Positions 55,509-64,000 of a stretch of 64,000 nucleotides of DNA are shown here, piece after piece (position 1 is the stretch's first letter; each line of letters begins with the position of its first letter). Position numbers and translations under genes: made by a program. The notes beneath the pieces were generated by a model. That model did no database searches, had not been told where the DNA came from, and worked only from the letters and a program-made list of their open reading frames with translations. The DNA comes from a virus. The stretch covers positions 16,663 through 80,662 of the IMG/VR virus record IMGVR_UViG_3300032214_001462; one strand, 5' to 3'.

Positions 55509-56343
55509 ACTGATTACAATTTTCTATTTGTGTATAATATTCTTCAACAATTTTGTACCAATCTTCCCGAAGAGAGTCCAAAAAGCGACGAGAGATTTTA
55601 AAGATTTGTGTACGTACAGGCGTTGACACAAGAATTGCCGCCTGTTGCACAGTCATACCAAGAGTCTGTTCAATTGCGATGTCATATGCAGCGAGTTGCT
55701 TGCAGGTCTTTTTAAATTTCATATGACCACCAAGCAGATCCCTCCATTCCTGGGACCCCTTCTCCAAATCTTTTGGCCACTTACGGCTATATGGTTTGAC
55801 GCTAGTTTTTAGGTCGGCAAGCGTGAGTTTGTTATTAGCAACAGCGATAATGTCAGGAGCACCAGCCCAAGCCCTGCCTTCGTTATCACAACCCCAGACA
55901 CGAGCGACGTCATCAGCACCAATAGTGAAATCAAACTTATCGAGTACAGGAGACTCTGCCCAGAGAATTTCAGAAAACTGATCAAGAATTGGCGGCATAC
56001 CAGCCCAGAAATCTGAATATTCATCTTTGATGTCTGGATTTTTATTCCCTTTAAGGTATTGTTCCATTCCATAGTGGATGGCTGTACCCCTCTCAGCTGC
56101 TTGTTCTTTGACGCCTGGGTTTGCTTTCGACCACATTTCAAGCTTCCGCTTGTTTGCTTCGGAAGCTGTTTCACTAATGATTGTAGTTACGGACGGCGCA
56201 GGTCCAGTGGGTAACGGAGTTGTATAGTGACGTTTTCCGTTAAGCGTAATTCTGGCTGCGGTCCGATTAATCGACCGCATCATCTCTGGTTGCTCTTCCT
56301 TGGCCTTAATCCAAGGATCTGATGTATTCAGTTTAGCAACCAT
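55489..56343 (-). CDS. PD-(D/E)xK exonuclease
   Basis: PSVTTII, RGTAIH, AGAPD, ADLKTS, QLAAY. Confidence 0.85.
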   Translation of the reverse strand: MVAKLNTSDPWIKAKEEQPEMMRSINRTAARITLNGKRHYTTPLPTGPAPSVTTIISETASEANKRKLEMWSKANPGVKEQAAERGTAIHYGMEQYLKGNKNPDIKDEYSDFWAGMPPILDQFSEILWAESPVLDKFDFTIGADDVARVWGCDNEGRAWAGAPDIIAVANNKLTLADLKTSVKPYSRKWPKDLEKGSQEWRDLLGGHMKFKKTCKQLAAYDIAIEQTLGMTVQQAAILVSTPVRTQIFKISRRFLDSLREDWYKIVEEYYTQIENCNQYDPDLI

Positions 56344-56394
56344 TGATGGTTTTGTATATTGCTGCTAACTTAACATATAAATCAAGTCTCTGTA

Positions 56395-56499
56395 ATGGAC
56401 GATTTTAACTACGCGATTGCTTCGATTCTTGGGGCTATGCTTGTAGTGATTGGCATGGATGCCTACCTGTTCTTCACAGAAGTAATGTCTCGGCAATGA
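56395..56499 (+). CDS. 34-aa single-TM microprotein (not in ORF track)
   Basis: MDDFNYAIASILGAMLVVIGMDAYLFFTEVMSRQ, ATGA-coupled to hli. Confidence 0.55.
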   Translation: MDDFNYAIASILGAMLVVIGMDAYLFFTEVMSRQ

Positions 56500-56738
56500 A
56501 CAAATTCCTACTTGGCATTCAAGGCTATGCCTCATGCCTGGGCTGGTTTCTGCCAGCCTTATGGAAATGGCTCCGGGAATCCGCACCAGATATCCAATTT
56601 TGGAAATGGCACACAAATTGGGGTGATCATTTTTGGTACGCCGAACGTGTCAACGGGCGTATTGCCATGCTGGCATTGACCTTTTTATTTATCTGGTGCT
56701 TAACACATGGCCTCAAACTTAACTCGTTTTTATTTTGA
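56496..56738 (+). CDS. hli: high-light-inducible protein with a Trp-rich N-terminal extension
   Basis: AERVNGRIAML chlorophyll-binding motif. Confidence 0.8.
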   Translation: MNKFLLGIQGYASCLGWFLPALWKWLRESAPDIQFWKWHTNWGDHFWYAERVNGRIAMLALTFLFIWCLTHGLKLNSFLF

Positions 56739-56868
56739 ATTTGACGAAGACTGCCGCACAGGTTGCTTTGAAGGCCTCGCTTTCGAAGATGTAGAAACTA
56801 TTGAGGCAGATGAGTACGAAACAAATTTAAAAGAGCAGGAAATTCCCTATACTCGAATAGATCTGTAA
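56707..56868 (+). CDS. 53-aa acidic protein (not in ORF track)
   Basis: MASNLTRFYFEFDEDCRTGCFEGLAFEDVETIEADEYE... Confidence 0.55.
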   Translation: MASNLTRFYFEFDEDCRTGCFEGLAFEDVETIEADEYETNLKEQEIPYTRIDL

Positions 56869-56877
56869 ACAAGTGTC

Positions 56878-57540
56878 GTGAAAGTTCCGGCCAAAGATAT
56901 TGTTTTGTATGCTGTTTGCCTAGAGAATTCAGACGTTCGTTTTAAAACCTCAGCAAGGGTCGTGCCTTTTTATGGTGACCAAGGAGAACATGCAGACGTT
57001 AATCCTTACTGGGGCGAGCTCAGCTGCATGTATTCCCTGTGGAATGAGTGCACAGACCCGTTTTTTGGTATTGTTAATTATCGACGAAATTGGGAAGAAC
57101 GATTCTTAAACGAAGCAGAGGATGATACTTTATATATTCCACGCCCAGTAACTTTCCCTTTTTCTGTTCAAAAGCAATTCTCTCAAGGCCATGGCCAAGG
57201 CCTAGATGAAACAGTTGAGCTTTCCCTGGATCTAGCACGCAAAAAACGTATTCCTTTAACAGAGGAGATGCTTTTGCAGATGTGGAATCAACCGAAGTTT
57301 TTTGAAACGTTACAGGTGATGGGACCAAATGAAGCAATGCATACTTACTTTGATCTTGTCTTTGACATCCTGCTCCCAATTTGGGAGGAAGGCAAAGATT
57401 ATTTCATGAGCCGTACTGGTTACAATAGGCGTGGTCCTGCTTTTCTGATGGAACGACTGCTTACTGCAGTATTCTTGAACAAAGAACATTTCTTTGGTAA
57501 ACAAAAGATTAAAGAAATTCCTTTTGTTATTTATCGTTAA
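56878..57540 (+). CDS. DUF4422-like glycosyltransferase-related protein
   Basis: NPYWGELSCMY, GIVNYRR, R.PAFLMERL. Confidence 0.7.
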   Translation: MKVPAKDIVLYAVCLENSDVRFKTSARVVPFYGDQGEHADVNPYWGELSCMYSLWNECTDPFFGIVNYRRNWEERFLNEAEDDTLYIPRPVTFPFSVQKQFSQGHGQGLDETVELSLDLARKKRIPLTEEMLLQMWNQPKFFETLQVMGPNEAMHTYFDLVFDILLPIWEEGKDYFMSRTGYNRRGPAFLMERLLTAVFLNKEHFFGKQKIKEIPFVIYR

Positions 57541-57542
57541 TC

Positions 57543-58259
57543 ATGCAAGTTACACAAATTTTTCTTACGGATAACAACTCCGAGATTGGTCCTTTTCTGC
57601 AGGAGGCAACGACTAGTGTTAGGCGTGCTTTTCCCCAACTCAAACATCGTATTTATCGCAACCAAGAAGTAGAAGAATTCTTGGAAGAACATTACGACCA
57701 GGGTGTTGTTAATGCTTATCACAAAGCAAAGCCTTATTCCTACAAGTGCGACTTAGCTCGTTATTGTATTACCAATATTGTTGGCGGTTGGTACTTTGAC
57801 GTAACAGTGCGCTGTCTTCTTGGTATTGAGCTACCAAAAGATTGCACCTTGCTTGCATTTAGGGATATCAACCGTTATACGCGTGTCTCATGGGCATGTG
57901 ATGGAGCAGTCTTTTATAGTCCTGCGAACAATCCTATTCTTGATGAAGCGATCTCTCAGATTGTCAGCAACATTGAAAATGAATATTACGGCATGACACC
58001 TTTGTGCCCCACTGGCCCAACTGTATGGGGTAAAGCAATTGCCTTGGAAAACCACCTTATTGATGACAAGGTGATCTTTGGTGATGCTATTGAACTGACG
58101 CCCGACCACATGAATAAAAATAAGGCGCTTGTACTACCTGATGGCACGATCTTTGCCTTAAAGAAACCAGCCATGGGCGGAGACCTAAGTGCACTTGGCG
58201 CTACAGGCGTGAACAACTACAATGAACTCTGGTACAAAAAAGACTTGTATGTCAAATGA
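57543..58259 (+). CDS. GT32 (OCH1-like) glycosyltransferase
   Basis: KCDLARY...GGWYFD...TGP. Confidence 0.8.
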   Translation: MQVTQIFLTDNNSEIGPFLQEATTSVRRAFPQLKHRIYRNQEVEEFLEEHYDQGVVNAYHKAKPYSYKCDLARYCITNIVGGWYFDVTVRCLLGIELPKDCTLLAFRDINRYTRVSWACDGAVFYSPANNPILDEAISQIVSNIENEYYGMTPLCPTGPTVWGKAIALENHLIDDKVIFGDAIELTPDHMNKNKALVLPDGTIFALKKPAMGGDLSALGATGVNNYNELWYKKDLYVK

Positions 58260-59106
58260 TGCAAAGCTTACCCTCTACGGAGGCACTGGCATCATTGGGA
58301 CTTACTACAGAGGGATGTACCCGTCTCAATACGTAGAGCGTGAACACTGTTGTCCGCTTACAGAAGATGTTTTGTACCTAATTAGTACAACGGATAACAC
58401 TAATATTTACACCAGCCCTCAGCTAGACATTCACACAAATTTATCTGTGCTTGCTAATCGGTTAGATCACTGCCGAGACTTTGGCATCAACACATTTAAC
58501 TTTGTTAGCAGCTGGTTTGTTTATGGGCCCGGGCATGTCAAGCCTAGTGAGCGTTCGATTTGCAATCCAAATGGTTTTTATTCGGTGACCAAGTATGCAG
58601 CTGAGAAGCTAGTCATGGAGTATTGCAAAGCTCATAAAATGAACTGGCGCATATTCCGCTTAGGTAATGTTTATGGCGGACCTGATAAAGGCACAGAAAA
58701 GCGCAATGCTCTTCACCACCTTATTGAATTATTACGTAAAGATGATGACATCAAGATTTACGAAAATCTATCCAGGGATTACATCCATATTTTGGATGCA
58801 TGCCGAGCCATGAATTTTCTTTGTAACAATGGACACATCAACCAAATCTATAACATTGGCACCGGCATTGAAACAAGGCTTTTTGATTGCATCGCAGATG
58901 CAAAAAATATGTTGAAATCACGCAGTAAAATTGAGCGCATCGTACCAAAAGAAGACTATAATCAAGCAATTAGATTCAGTCTTGATTGCACCAAGTTATA
59001 TGAGCTTGGATTCCAGTCAACGCTGACATTACAAGAAGGTTTAGAAGACTTATGTCGCGATCAAAAGTTTTGTACTCCGGTCCGTACTTTGACGGTCGCG
59101 AAATAG
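58249..59106 (+). CDS. NAD-dependent sugar epimerase/dehydratase/reductase (extended SDR)
   Basis: GGTGIIG, YSVTK, RLGNVYG, RDYIHILD. Confidence 0.88.
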   Translation: MSNDAKLTLYGGTGIIGTYYRGMYPSQYVEREHCCPLTEDVLYLISTTDNTNIYTSPQLDIHTNLSVLANRLDHCRDFGINTFNFVSSWFVYGPGHVKPSERSICNPNGFYSVTKYAAEKLVMEYCKAHKMNWRIFRLGNVYGGPDKGTEKRNALHHLIELLRKDDDIKIYENLSRDYIHILDACRAMNFLCNNGHINQIYNIGTGIETRLFDCIADAKNMLKSRSKIERIVPKEDYNQAIRFSLDCTKLYELGFQSTLTLQEGLEDLCRDQKFCTPVRTLTVAK

Positions 59107-60308
59107 AAGCAGCGATTGCGACACTAAAAGAAGGAGCCTGGTACCCAGCCGGTAAAGAAGTCGATAAATTTGAAAGGGCGTTTTCCAAACAGTTTGGATT
59201 TACTTCATCACTTATGGTGAATAGCGGTAGCTCCGCTAATTTGGTGATGCTTGCCGCCTTAAAGAAATACTTTGAGTGGCCGGATGGCGCTGAGGTAATT
59301 GTTAGTGTGGTCGGCTTTCCCACTACCATCAATCCAATTATCCAGAATGGTTTAACACCTAAGTTCGTAGATATCACCTGGGAAGATTTAAACTGGGATC
59401 TGGATCAGGTAGAAAATGCAATCACGGACAAAACAGTTGCAGTTTTTAGTAGCCCTGTTTTGGGTAATAGTTACGACCTGGATCGTTTACTCGATATCTG
59501 TGAACGGCGTTCACTGAAATACATTGCAGATAACTGTGATTCTCTTGGCTCAAAATGGAATGATGATTACTTAACCAAGCATGCTGTTGCAGCATCTTGT
59601 TCTTTTTACCCAGCGCACCATATCACCACCCTTGAAGGTGGCATGGTTTCATCCAATCTTCCTGGGCTAACGACACTTGCCCGTCAATTTGCTTGGTGGG
59701 GGCGTGATTGCTATTGCGTTGGCGAATGCAACATGCTGGCCAATGGTAGTTGCGGCAAGCGTTTTGATACGTGGTTGCCAGATTATGACGTTGTCGTTGA
59801 TCATAAATATGTCTTTAGCCAGATTGGCTACAACCTCAAACCTTTGGATCTACAGGGTGCAGTCGGCTTGGTACAGCTAGAAAAGTTTAATGAAGTACAC
59901 ACTATTCGTCGTTTAAATTACCAGACAATTGTTAATTATTTCCAGGACTATCCTGATGAGCTAAAGATTATAGGTGAGAAACCACAAGCAGAAACCTCTT
60001 GGTTTGGCGTACCTATTGTGTGTGACAATCCCAAAGTCAAACAAGGTTTACAACAGCATCTTGAAAGCAATGGCGTACAGACTCGAAATTATTTTGCTGG
60101 TAATTTGCTGCTCCATCCTGCATATCGGCACCTGGGCAGTGCTAAAGATTTCCCCAATGCGTACGAAGTCCTTAAACGTGTCTTCTTCCTTGGCACCTCC
60201 CCTTCCCTTAACTACGATCAGATCCATTATGTAGGGGAAACCATCCATTCATTTATGGTAAATACACCTATTTCATGTGATGGTTATAGCTGCAGATTTA
60301 AATTATAG
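59052..60308 (+). CDS. rfbH: CDP-4-keto-6-deoxyglucose 3-dehydratase (RfbH/DdhC-like, DegT fold)
   Basis: NSGSSAN, SFYPAHHITT (His at the usual Lys position), WGRDCYC...C...CGKRF. Confidence 0.8.
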   Translation: MSRSKVLYSGPYFDGREIEAAIATLKEGAWYPAGKEVDKFERAFSKQFGFTSSLMVNSGSSANLVMLAALKKYFEWPDGAEVIVSVVGFPTTINPIIQNGLTPKFVDITWEDLNWDLDQVENAITDKTVAVFSSPVLGNSYDLDRLLDICERRSLKYIADNCDSLGSKWNDDYLTKHAVAASCSFYPAHHITTLEGGMVSSNLPGLTTLARQFAWWGRDCYCVGECNMLANGSCGKRFDTWLPDYDVVVDHKYVFSQIGYNLKPLDLQGAVGLVQLEKFNEVHTIRRLNYQTIVNYFQDYPDELKIIGEKPQAETSWFGVPIVCDNPKVKQGLQQHLESNGVQTRNYFAGNLLLHPAYRHLGSAKDFPNAYEVLKRVFFLGTSPSLNYDQIHYVGETIHSFMVNTPISCDGYSCRFKL

Positions 60309-60377
60309 TTATTAAATGCAGAATGATTACAGATGTTATTGATTGGCCCTATACTGAGAAGACCAAAGGAATCAGAG

Positions 60378-60590
60378 ATGTCGCTTTCTAACCAAGTAAA
60401 GGATTCTATTCAACAAGCAGGTGATTGCTTGCGTGATGCCCTCGCCTTTGCGGCACGTACCGAGCACCCTGTTACCATAACAACGATTTCTGATATCTTA
60501 TGCCGCCTGGAATCCTTGGAGCAGGTCGATGATTTGATGCAGCACTTTGCAAAGCGAGATGAGGAAAAAAAGAATCCCTACCGAAACTGA
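60378..60590 (+). CDS. hypothetical protein
   Basis: LRDALAFAARTEHP. Confidence 0.65.
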   Translation: MSLSNQVKDSIQQAGDCLRDALAFAARTEHPVTITTISDILCRLESLEQVDDLMQHFAKRDEEKKNPYRN

Positions 60591-60729
60591 ACGCCTTGAA
60601 AAATACTTTGACGATTTAAGGCGTCTTTTTCCGGAGCCACCTAGGAACTGGGCTGTCAATGCCAAGGAATGTCGTTGGGCTAAAATACTAAAAGAAAAAG
60701 ATAAAAATCCTGATGTCTCAGGAGAATAA
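60559..60729 (+). CDS. hypothetical protein
   Basis: short ORF overlapping both neighbours. Confidence 0.5.
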   Translation: MRKKRIPTETERLEKYFDDLRRLFPEPPRNWAVNAKECRWAKILKEKDKNPDVSGE

Positions 60730-60994
60730 ATATACAAAACCAGAGTTACGCGAGAGTATTAAAGATCGTGTAATGGCTGGTTCAAAAGGTGGCAAGCCTG
60801 GTCAATGGTCTGCACGTAAAGCTCAGCTTGTTGCTAGTGAGTATAAAGAAGCTGGTGGTGGATACAAAGGCGATAAAGGTGAGAAACAAAAGTCCCTTGA
60901 GAAGTGGGGCAAAGAAAGTTGGATGACTAAAGATGAGTATGAGAAACGTGGAAAGGCTAAAGCTGCTTCAAAAAAATATCAAGATGAGAAATGA
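60713..60994 (+). CDS. basic conserved protein (DUF5872-like)
   Basis: YTKPELRE...GGKPGQWSARKAQ...YK.AGGGY. Confidence 0.7.
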   Translation: MSQENKYTKPELRESIKDRVMAGSKGGKPGQWSARKAQLVASEYKEAGGGYKGDKGEKQKSLEKWGKESWMTKDEYEKRGKAKAASKKYQDEK

Positions 60995-61194
60995 TGGCGG
61001 ACAAAGCAATTCAAAAAGGCTATACCAAACGTTACTTACCAGAGAGTGCATGGGCTTCTTTATCTAAAGAAGAACGCGAACAAACTGATCAAAAGAAAAG
61101 AGCTGCCAGTAAAGAAGGAAAACAATTTGTTCCTAATACAGAACGCGCCAAAAAAGCCGGACGTGCAGCTAGACGTTACAAGGGAAGTAAGTAA
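60991..61194 (+). CDS. basic conserved protein
   Basis: RYLPESAWASLS...KQFVPN. Confidence 0.65.
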   Translation: MMADKAIQKGYTKRYLPESAWASLSKEEREQTDQKKRAASKEGKQFVPNTERAKKAGRAARRYKGSK

Positions 61195-61224
61195 TTTTAT
61201 AATCAATAGAGATACTTAAATATC

Positions 61225-61410
61225 ATGGCACCAGCAAAGAAAGCAATGGGTGGCAAAGGCATGCCAATGAAAGGCAAGCCAATGGCCGAGAAAGGTAAGC
61301 CAGTTCCCCCTAAAGGCAAGGGTGGCGCTTCTGAAAAACAGATGGCTGCACGCGAAAAGTTTAAAGAGATGGCTGCCAAAAAGAAAGCTGCGCCAACCAA
61401 GAAAAAATAG
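61225..61410 (+). CDS. Lys-rich microprotein
   Basis: histone-like composition. Confidence 0.65.
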   Translation: MAPAKKAMGGKGMPMKGKPMAEKGKPVPPKGKGGASEKQMAAREKFKEMAAKKKAAPTKKK

Positions 61411-61425
61411 TGATATCCTGACAAC

Positions 61426-61541
61426 GGAGCAATATCGCTCTGGGACTAATAGTCGCAAGTCCCTCCACGTTACGAACGTGGTGCTCAACACAATTGAGCG
61501 AGAAGGAAGTTATGATCCCGGTATAACAACCGGGATTTTTT
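61426..61541 (+). ncRNA. candidate five-hairpin small RNA
   Basis: extended -10 TGATATCCT at 61411-61419, four adjacent hairpins, then a terminator hairpin and T-run. Confidence 0.6.
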
Positions 61542-62219
61542 GTGACGACTCTTGTTGCCAACGTGCCACCGGTTAAAGTTTGGGTTCGCAGAGAGTACCT
61601 TCGTGATCTAAGGGATGGCTATGGTGAATATACACTGGGCTATTGGGTAACTTGTAAATCGTTAACAGGCAGAGCATTACAGTTTGAAACTTACCTAACT
61701 GAATATGGTGCGCTTTACGACAAGCTTCCTATTAGCGCTTTCCTTGCCTGGGACTCAGATTACCCAGATAAACCGCAAGCACCAACACCAGACCTGGAGC
61801 TAACCGACCTGCAATTCTGGAATGGATTTGATACTGGCCTTACGGTTGTAGAAAAGAACTTGATCTATAACATGGAATTCCAGGTGATGACACGTAGTGC
61901 TGGTGTAATGAAGGGCACATATTTATTTACGGTTGACAATTATCATCCTCATAGGAACGAACCTGATTTTTATTTTGCGGAATTTCCTGATGAGCACAAA
62001 TCCCATAACATTGTGGCTTTGGACAACGGTCAAATTGGCGCTTATCCCAACAATCGTTGTCGGATGGTTGACCCATCACTAAGCAATCACAACCTCAAGA
62101 CTCCAGACTTTAAGGTATCCACGAGGTACTTTGACTCCGAGAAAGCGCTAAAGTGGGGCCGCCTAGGTGAATGCGACGATTATTTCTGGAAGACACCAAA
62201 CGAAAAAGATGTAGAATAA
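61542..62219 (+). CDS. conserved hypothetical phage protein
   Basis: 225-aa ORF; EHKSHN...NGQIGAYPNNR. Confidence 0.75.
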   Translation: MTTLVANVPPVKVWVRREYLRDLRDGYGEYTLGYWVTCKSLTGRALQFETYLTEYGALYDKLPISAFLAWDSDYPDKPQAPTPDLELTDLQFWNGFDTGLTVVEKNLIYNMEFQVMTRSAGVMKGTYLFTVDNYHPHRNEPDFYFAEFPDEHKSHNIVALDNGQIGAYPNNRCRMVDPSLSNHNLKTPDFKVSTRYFDSEKALKWGRLGECDDYFWKTPNEKDVE

Positions 62220-62228
62220 CTTTTCTAC

Positions 62229-62300
62229 CGGGAATTAGCGCAGCGGTAGCGCGTCTGCTTTGGGAGCAGAAAGTCGCAGGTTCGATCCCTGCATTCCCGA
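62229..62300 (+). tRNA. tRNA-Pro(UGG), CCA not encoded
   Basis: acceptor CGGGAAT/ATTCCCG, anticodon arm TCTGC-TTTGGGA-GCAGA, T-arm GCAGG-TTCGATC-CCTGC. Confidence 0.95.
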
Positions 62301-62354
62301 TTATTCAACTACTTGATAAATAAAGTATATTATCTATACAAATAAAAATTATGC

Positions 62355-62609
62355 ATGGGTTGGACTGAGTCCAAGAAGCGCATCGACAAGAATCGACAAA
62401 AGCTTTTGGAGTACAAAAAGACTTTGCAATGCGATAAGTGTGGGCTTAATGATCACCGTGTCCTTGAGTTCCACCATATAGGTGATAAGGATAACAACAT
62501 TTCAACAATGGTGAACCATGGTTACGCCTGGAGCAGGGTAGAGCAAGAGATTGAGAAATGCATCCCGCTCTGTTGCAACTGCCACAGACTTACCCATTAC
62601 GAAGGGTAG
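62355..62609 (+). CDS. small HNH-like zinc-binding protein
   Basis: CDKCG...LEFHH...KCIPLCCNCHR..H. Confidence 0.75.
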   Translation: MGWTESKKRIDKNRQKLLEYKKTLQCDKCGLNDHRVLEFHHIGDKDNNISTMVNHGYAWSRVEQEIEKCIPLCCNCHRLTHYEG

Positions 62610-63141
62610 CTTTTAAAAACCAAGCCGCTTTGAAAGCTTGACCACAAAGGTCTGCCATGTAGTTTTGGATATCAATAGCACCAATTTTGGCGGCGATTGG
62701 CTCCAGCTTTTTGGTCTTCATGCCTAGCTCTTCTAGGTTTTTGTAGTAGGTAGCAAGCATGTCGGTACCTTTGTAGCTCGTAACATGCTGGATACCTGGG
62801 CCAGAGTCAGCCAATCCTCTACCACACATTGGGAGAAGATAATCCATACTGCGGATAAATTCAGCAAGTGTATCGAACTGTCCCAGATGTGCTTCGTATT
62901 GATCTTTCAAGAATGCATGCACACCTAAGAAGTTTGCACCTTCATAGTTGAGATGGATAAGGTGACTTTGTGTCTCAAGTTCCTTGAGATAAGAACATAA
63001 AGAAATGCACTGTTGAATGAAAGCTCCTACATCACCACTCTTTGATTTACCAGGTGCCTTGGGCTTGGCTTGTGGTTCAGGAGCAGCTTGAGGTGGAGGG
63101 GTTTGAGCTTGTTGAATCTGACCGGGACCAGGAGTATACAT
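62590..63141 (-). CDS. dps: Dps/ferritin-like protein
   Basis: SHLIHLNYEGANFLGVH...FDTLAEFIR...AAWFL. Confidence 0.75.
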   Translation of the reverse strand: MYTPGPGQIQQAQTPPPQAAPEPQAKPKAPGKSKSGDVGAFIQQCISLCSYLKELETQSHLIHLNYEGANFLGVHAFLKDQYEAHLGQFDTLAEFIRSMDYLLPMCGRGLADSGPGIQHVTSYKGTDMLATYYKNLEELGMKTKKLEPIAAKIGAIDIQNYMADLCGQAFKAAWFLKATLRNG

Positions 63142-63186
63142 AGCTTTTAGTCAATAGATCTAGTTTACCAAAAACAAATCAACCAC

Positions 63187-64000
63187 TCAGCGGCTGATTT
63201 CTTCCCAATCTACAGACGCCAAGATATCAGAACCAGCTTGTGCACTGCTACACACCAACGTTAGTTCCGTGGGGGTACCAGTGAGACCATTGCGTTCTAG
63301 TTGGAATGCAAATAATGCTTCCTTCAAGATGTCAACAACGGTTGAACCTTGGTTAGAACCAGTAGCAAAACCACTGGCAAGAACACGTCCAGTCCCCATG
63401 GTAAAAGATGTACCAGTGATGTTGTATTCAACGGAAGAAGTAGTTCCCGTGGTATCCCATGAACCTGCTGTGGTTGTGCCACCAACAATCACTTTCCAGT
63501 TGTAGTTTGAGTTGTTGGTAATACCCATGATTGATAACGCAGTCAAGATGACAATTGCATCAAGACGCGTTGTTTTAAGACGAATAGAGATAACAGGATA
63601 CTCAGTGGAGATGACTGTTAAATCACGCGGAGATGCGATTGGTGTTCCGATTGCAGATTGCGCTCCACGTAATTCATAACCGCCTTCCGACAGTACGGTA
63701 GAGCAAACTTGCTTTAAAGTACTGCTGCTTGCCGTAGTGCCAACATTAGTAATTTCATAACGCAACGGCAAAGATGCCGTTGTTATATAGGTGGACGTAA
63801 TTAAGTTGGCATGATGGAATGAATGGCAATGAATGAATGCACCATTAATTACAAAACCTGCACGTACGGTGCCAAGGCCAAGCCATTCAATATCAAACCA
63901 AAGGATCTGAGCCTTGGTGATGTCAAGCGTAAAACCAGATGGACCGTTGCCATCCAGTTTGTCAATGTTCCAATTAGCTTGTGCAACCCGTGTTTCAGCA
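63187..64000 (-). CDS. virion structural/tail protein, 5' partial
   Basis: frame stays open to the window edge; WLGLGTVRAGF...LPLRYEI...WEE. Confidence 0.65.
   Translation of the reverse strand, partial: AETRVAQANWNIDKLDGNGPSGFTLDITKAQILWFDIEWLGLGTVRAGFVINGAFIHCHSFHHANLITSTYITTASLPLRYEITNVGTTASSSTLKQVCSTVLSEGGYELRGAQSAIGTPIASPRDLTVISTEYPVISIRLKTTRLDAIVILTALSIMGITNNSNYNWKVIVGGTTTAGSWDTTGTTSSVEYNITGTSFTMGTGRVLASGFATGSNQGSTVVDILKEALFAFQLERNGLTGTPTELTLVCSSAQAGSDILASVDWEEISR

Overview
This is 64 kb of a tailed dsDNA cyanophage genome (Caudoviricetes). The host is inferred to be a picocyanobacterium from nblA-like, hli, CP12-like, speD and dps-like genes and a wcaG-like RNA. From memory the gene content recalls S-EIV1-like freshwater phages, which needs checking. 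Layout: (1) 1-4.9 kb, a minus-strand cluster of small 'early' genes in which most intergenic gaps carry a repeated RNA structure; (2) 4.9-5.6 kb, a divergent control region; (3) 5.6-34 kb, plus-strand virion genes: Gly/Ala-rich putative internal proteins, three tandem paralogous microproteins, terminase, portal, scaffold, major capsid and tail genes; (4) 34-48 kb, lysins, nblA, dcd and tail fibres; (5) 48-56 kb, a candidate origin, a glycosyltransferase, speD, primase-helicase and an exonuclease; (6) 56-64 kb, hli, a sugar-modification cluster, a candidate sRNA, tRNA-Pro and dps. The best-supported surprise is a group I intron after codon 4 of the major capsid gene, with an HNH endonuclease sitting antisense inside its P1 loop. 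Other leads are tRNA-like and switchable hairpin elements punctuating the early region, a recurring [LIY]AG[RK][YF] tag in unrelated putative virion proteins, long dual-coding overlaps, a 38-aa mini-CP12, several apparently inactivated enzymes and a five-hairpin sRNA. All family assignments come from motif recognition by eye; no searches were run.
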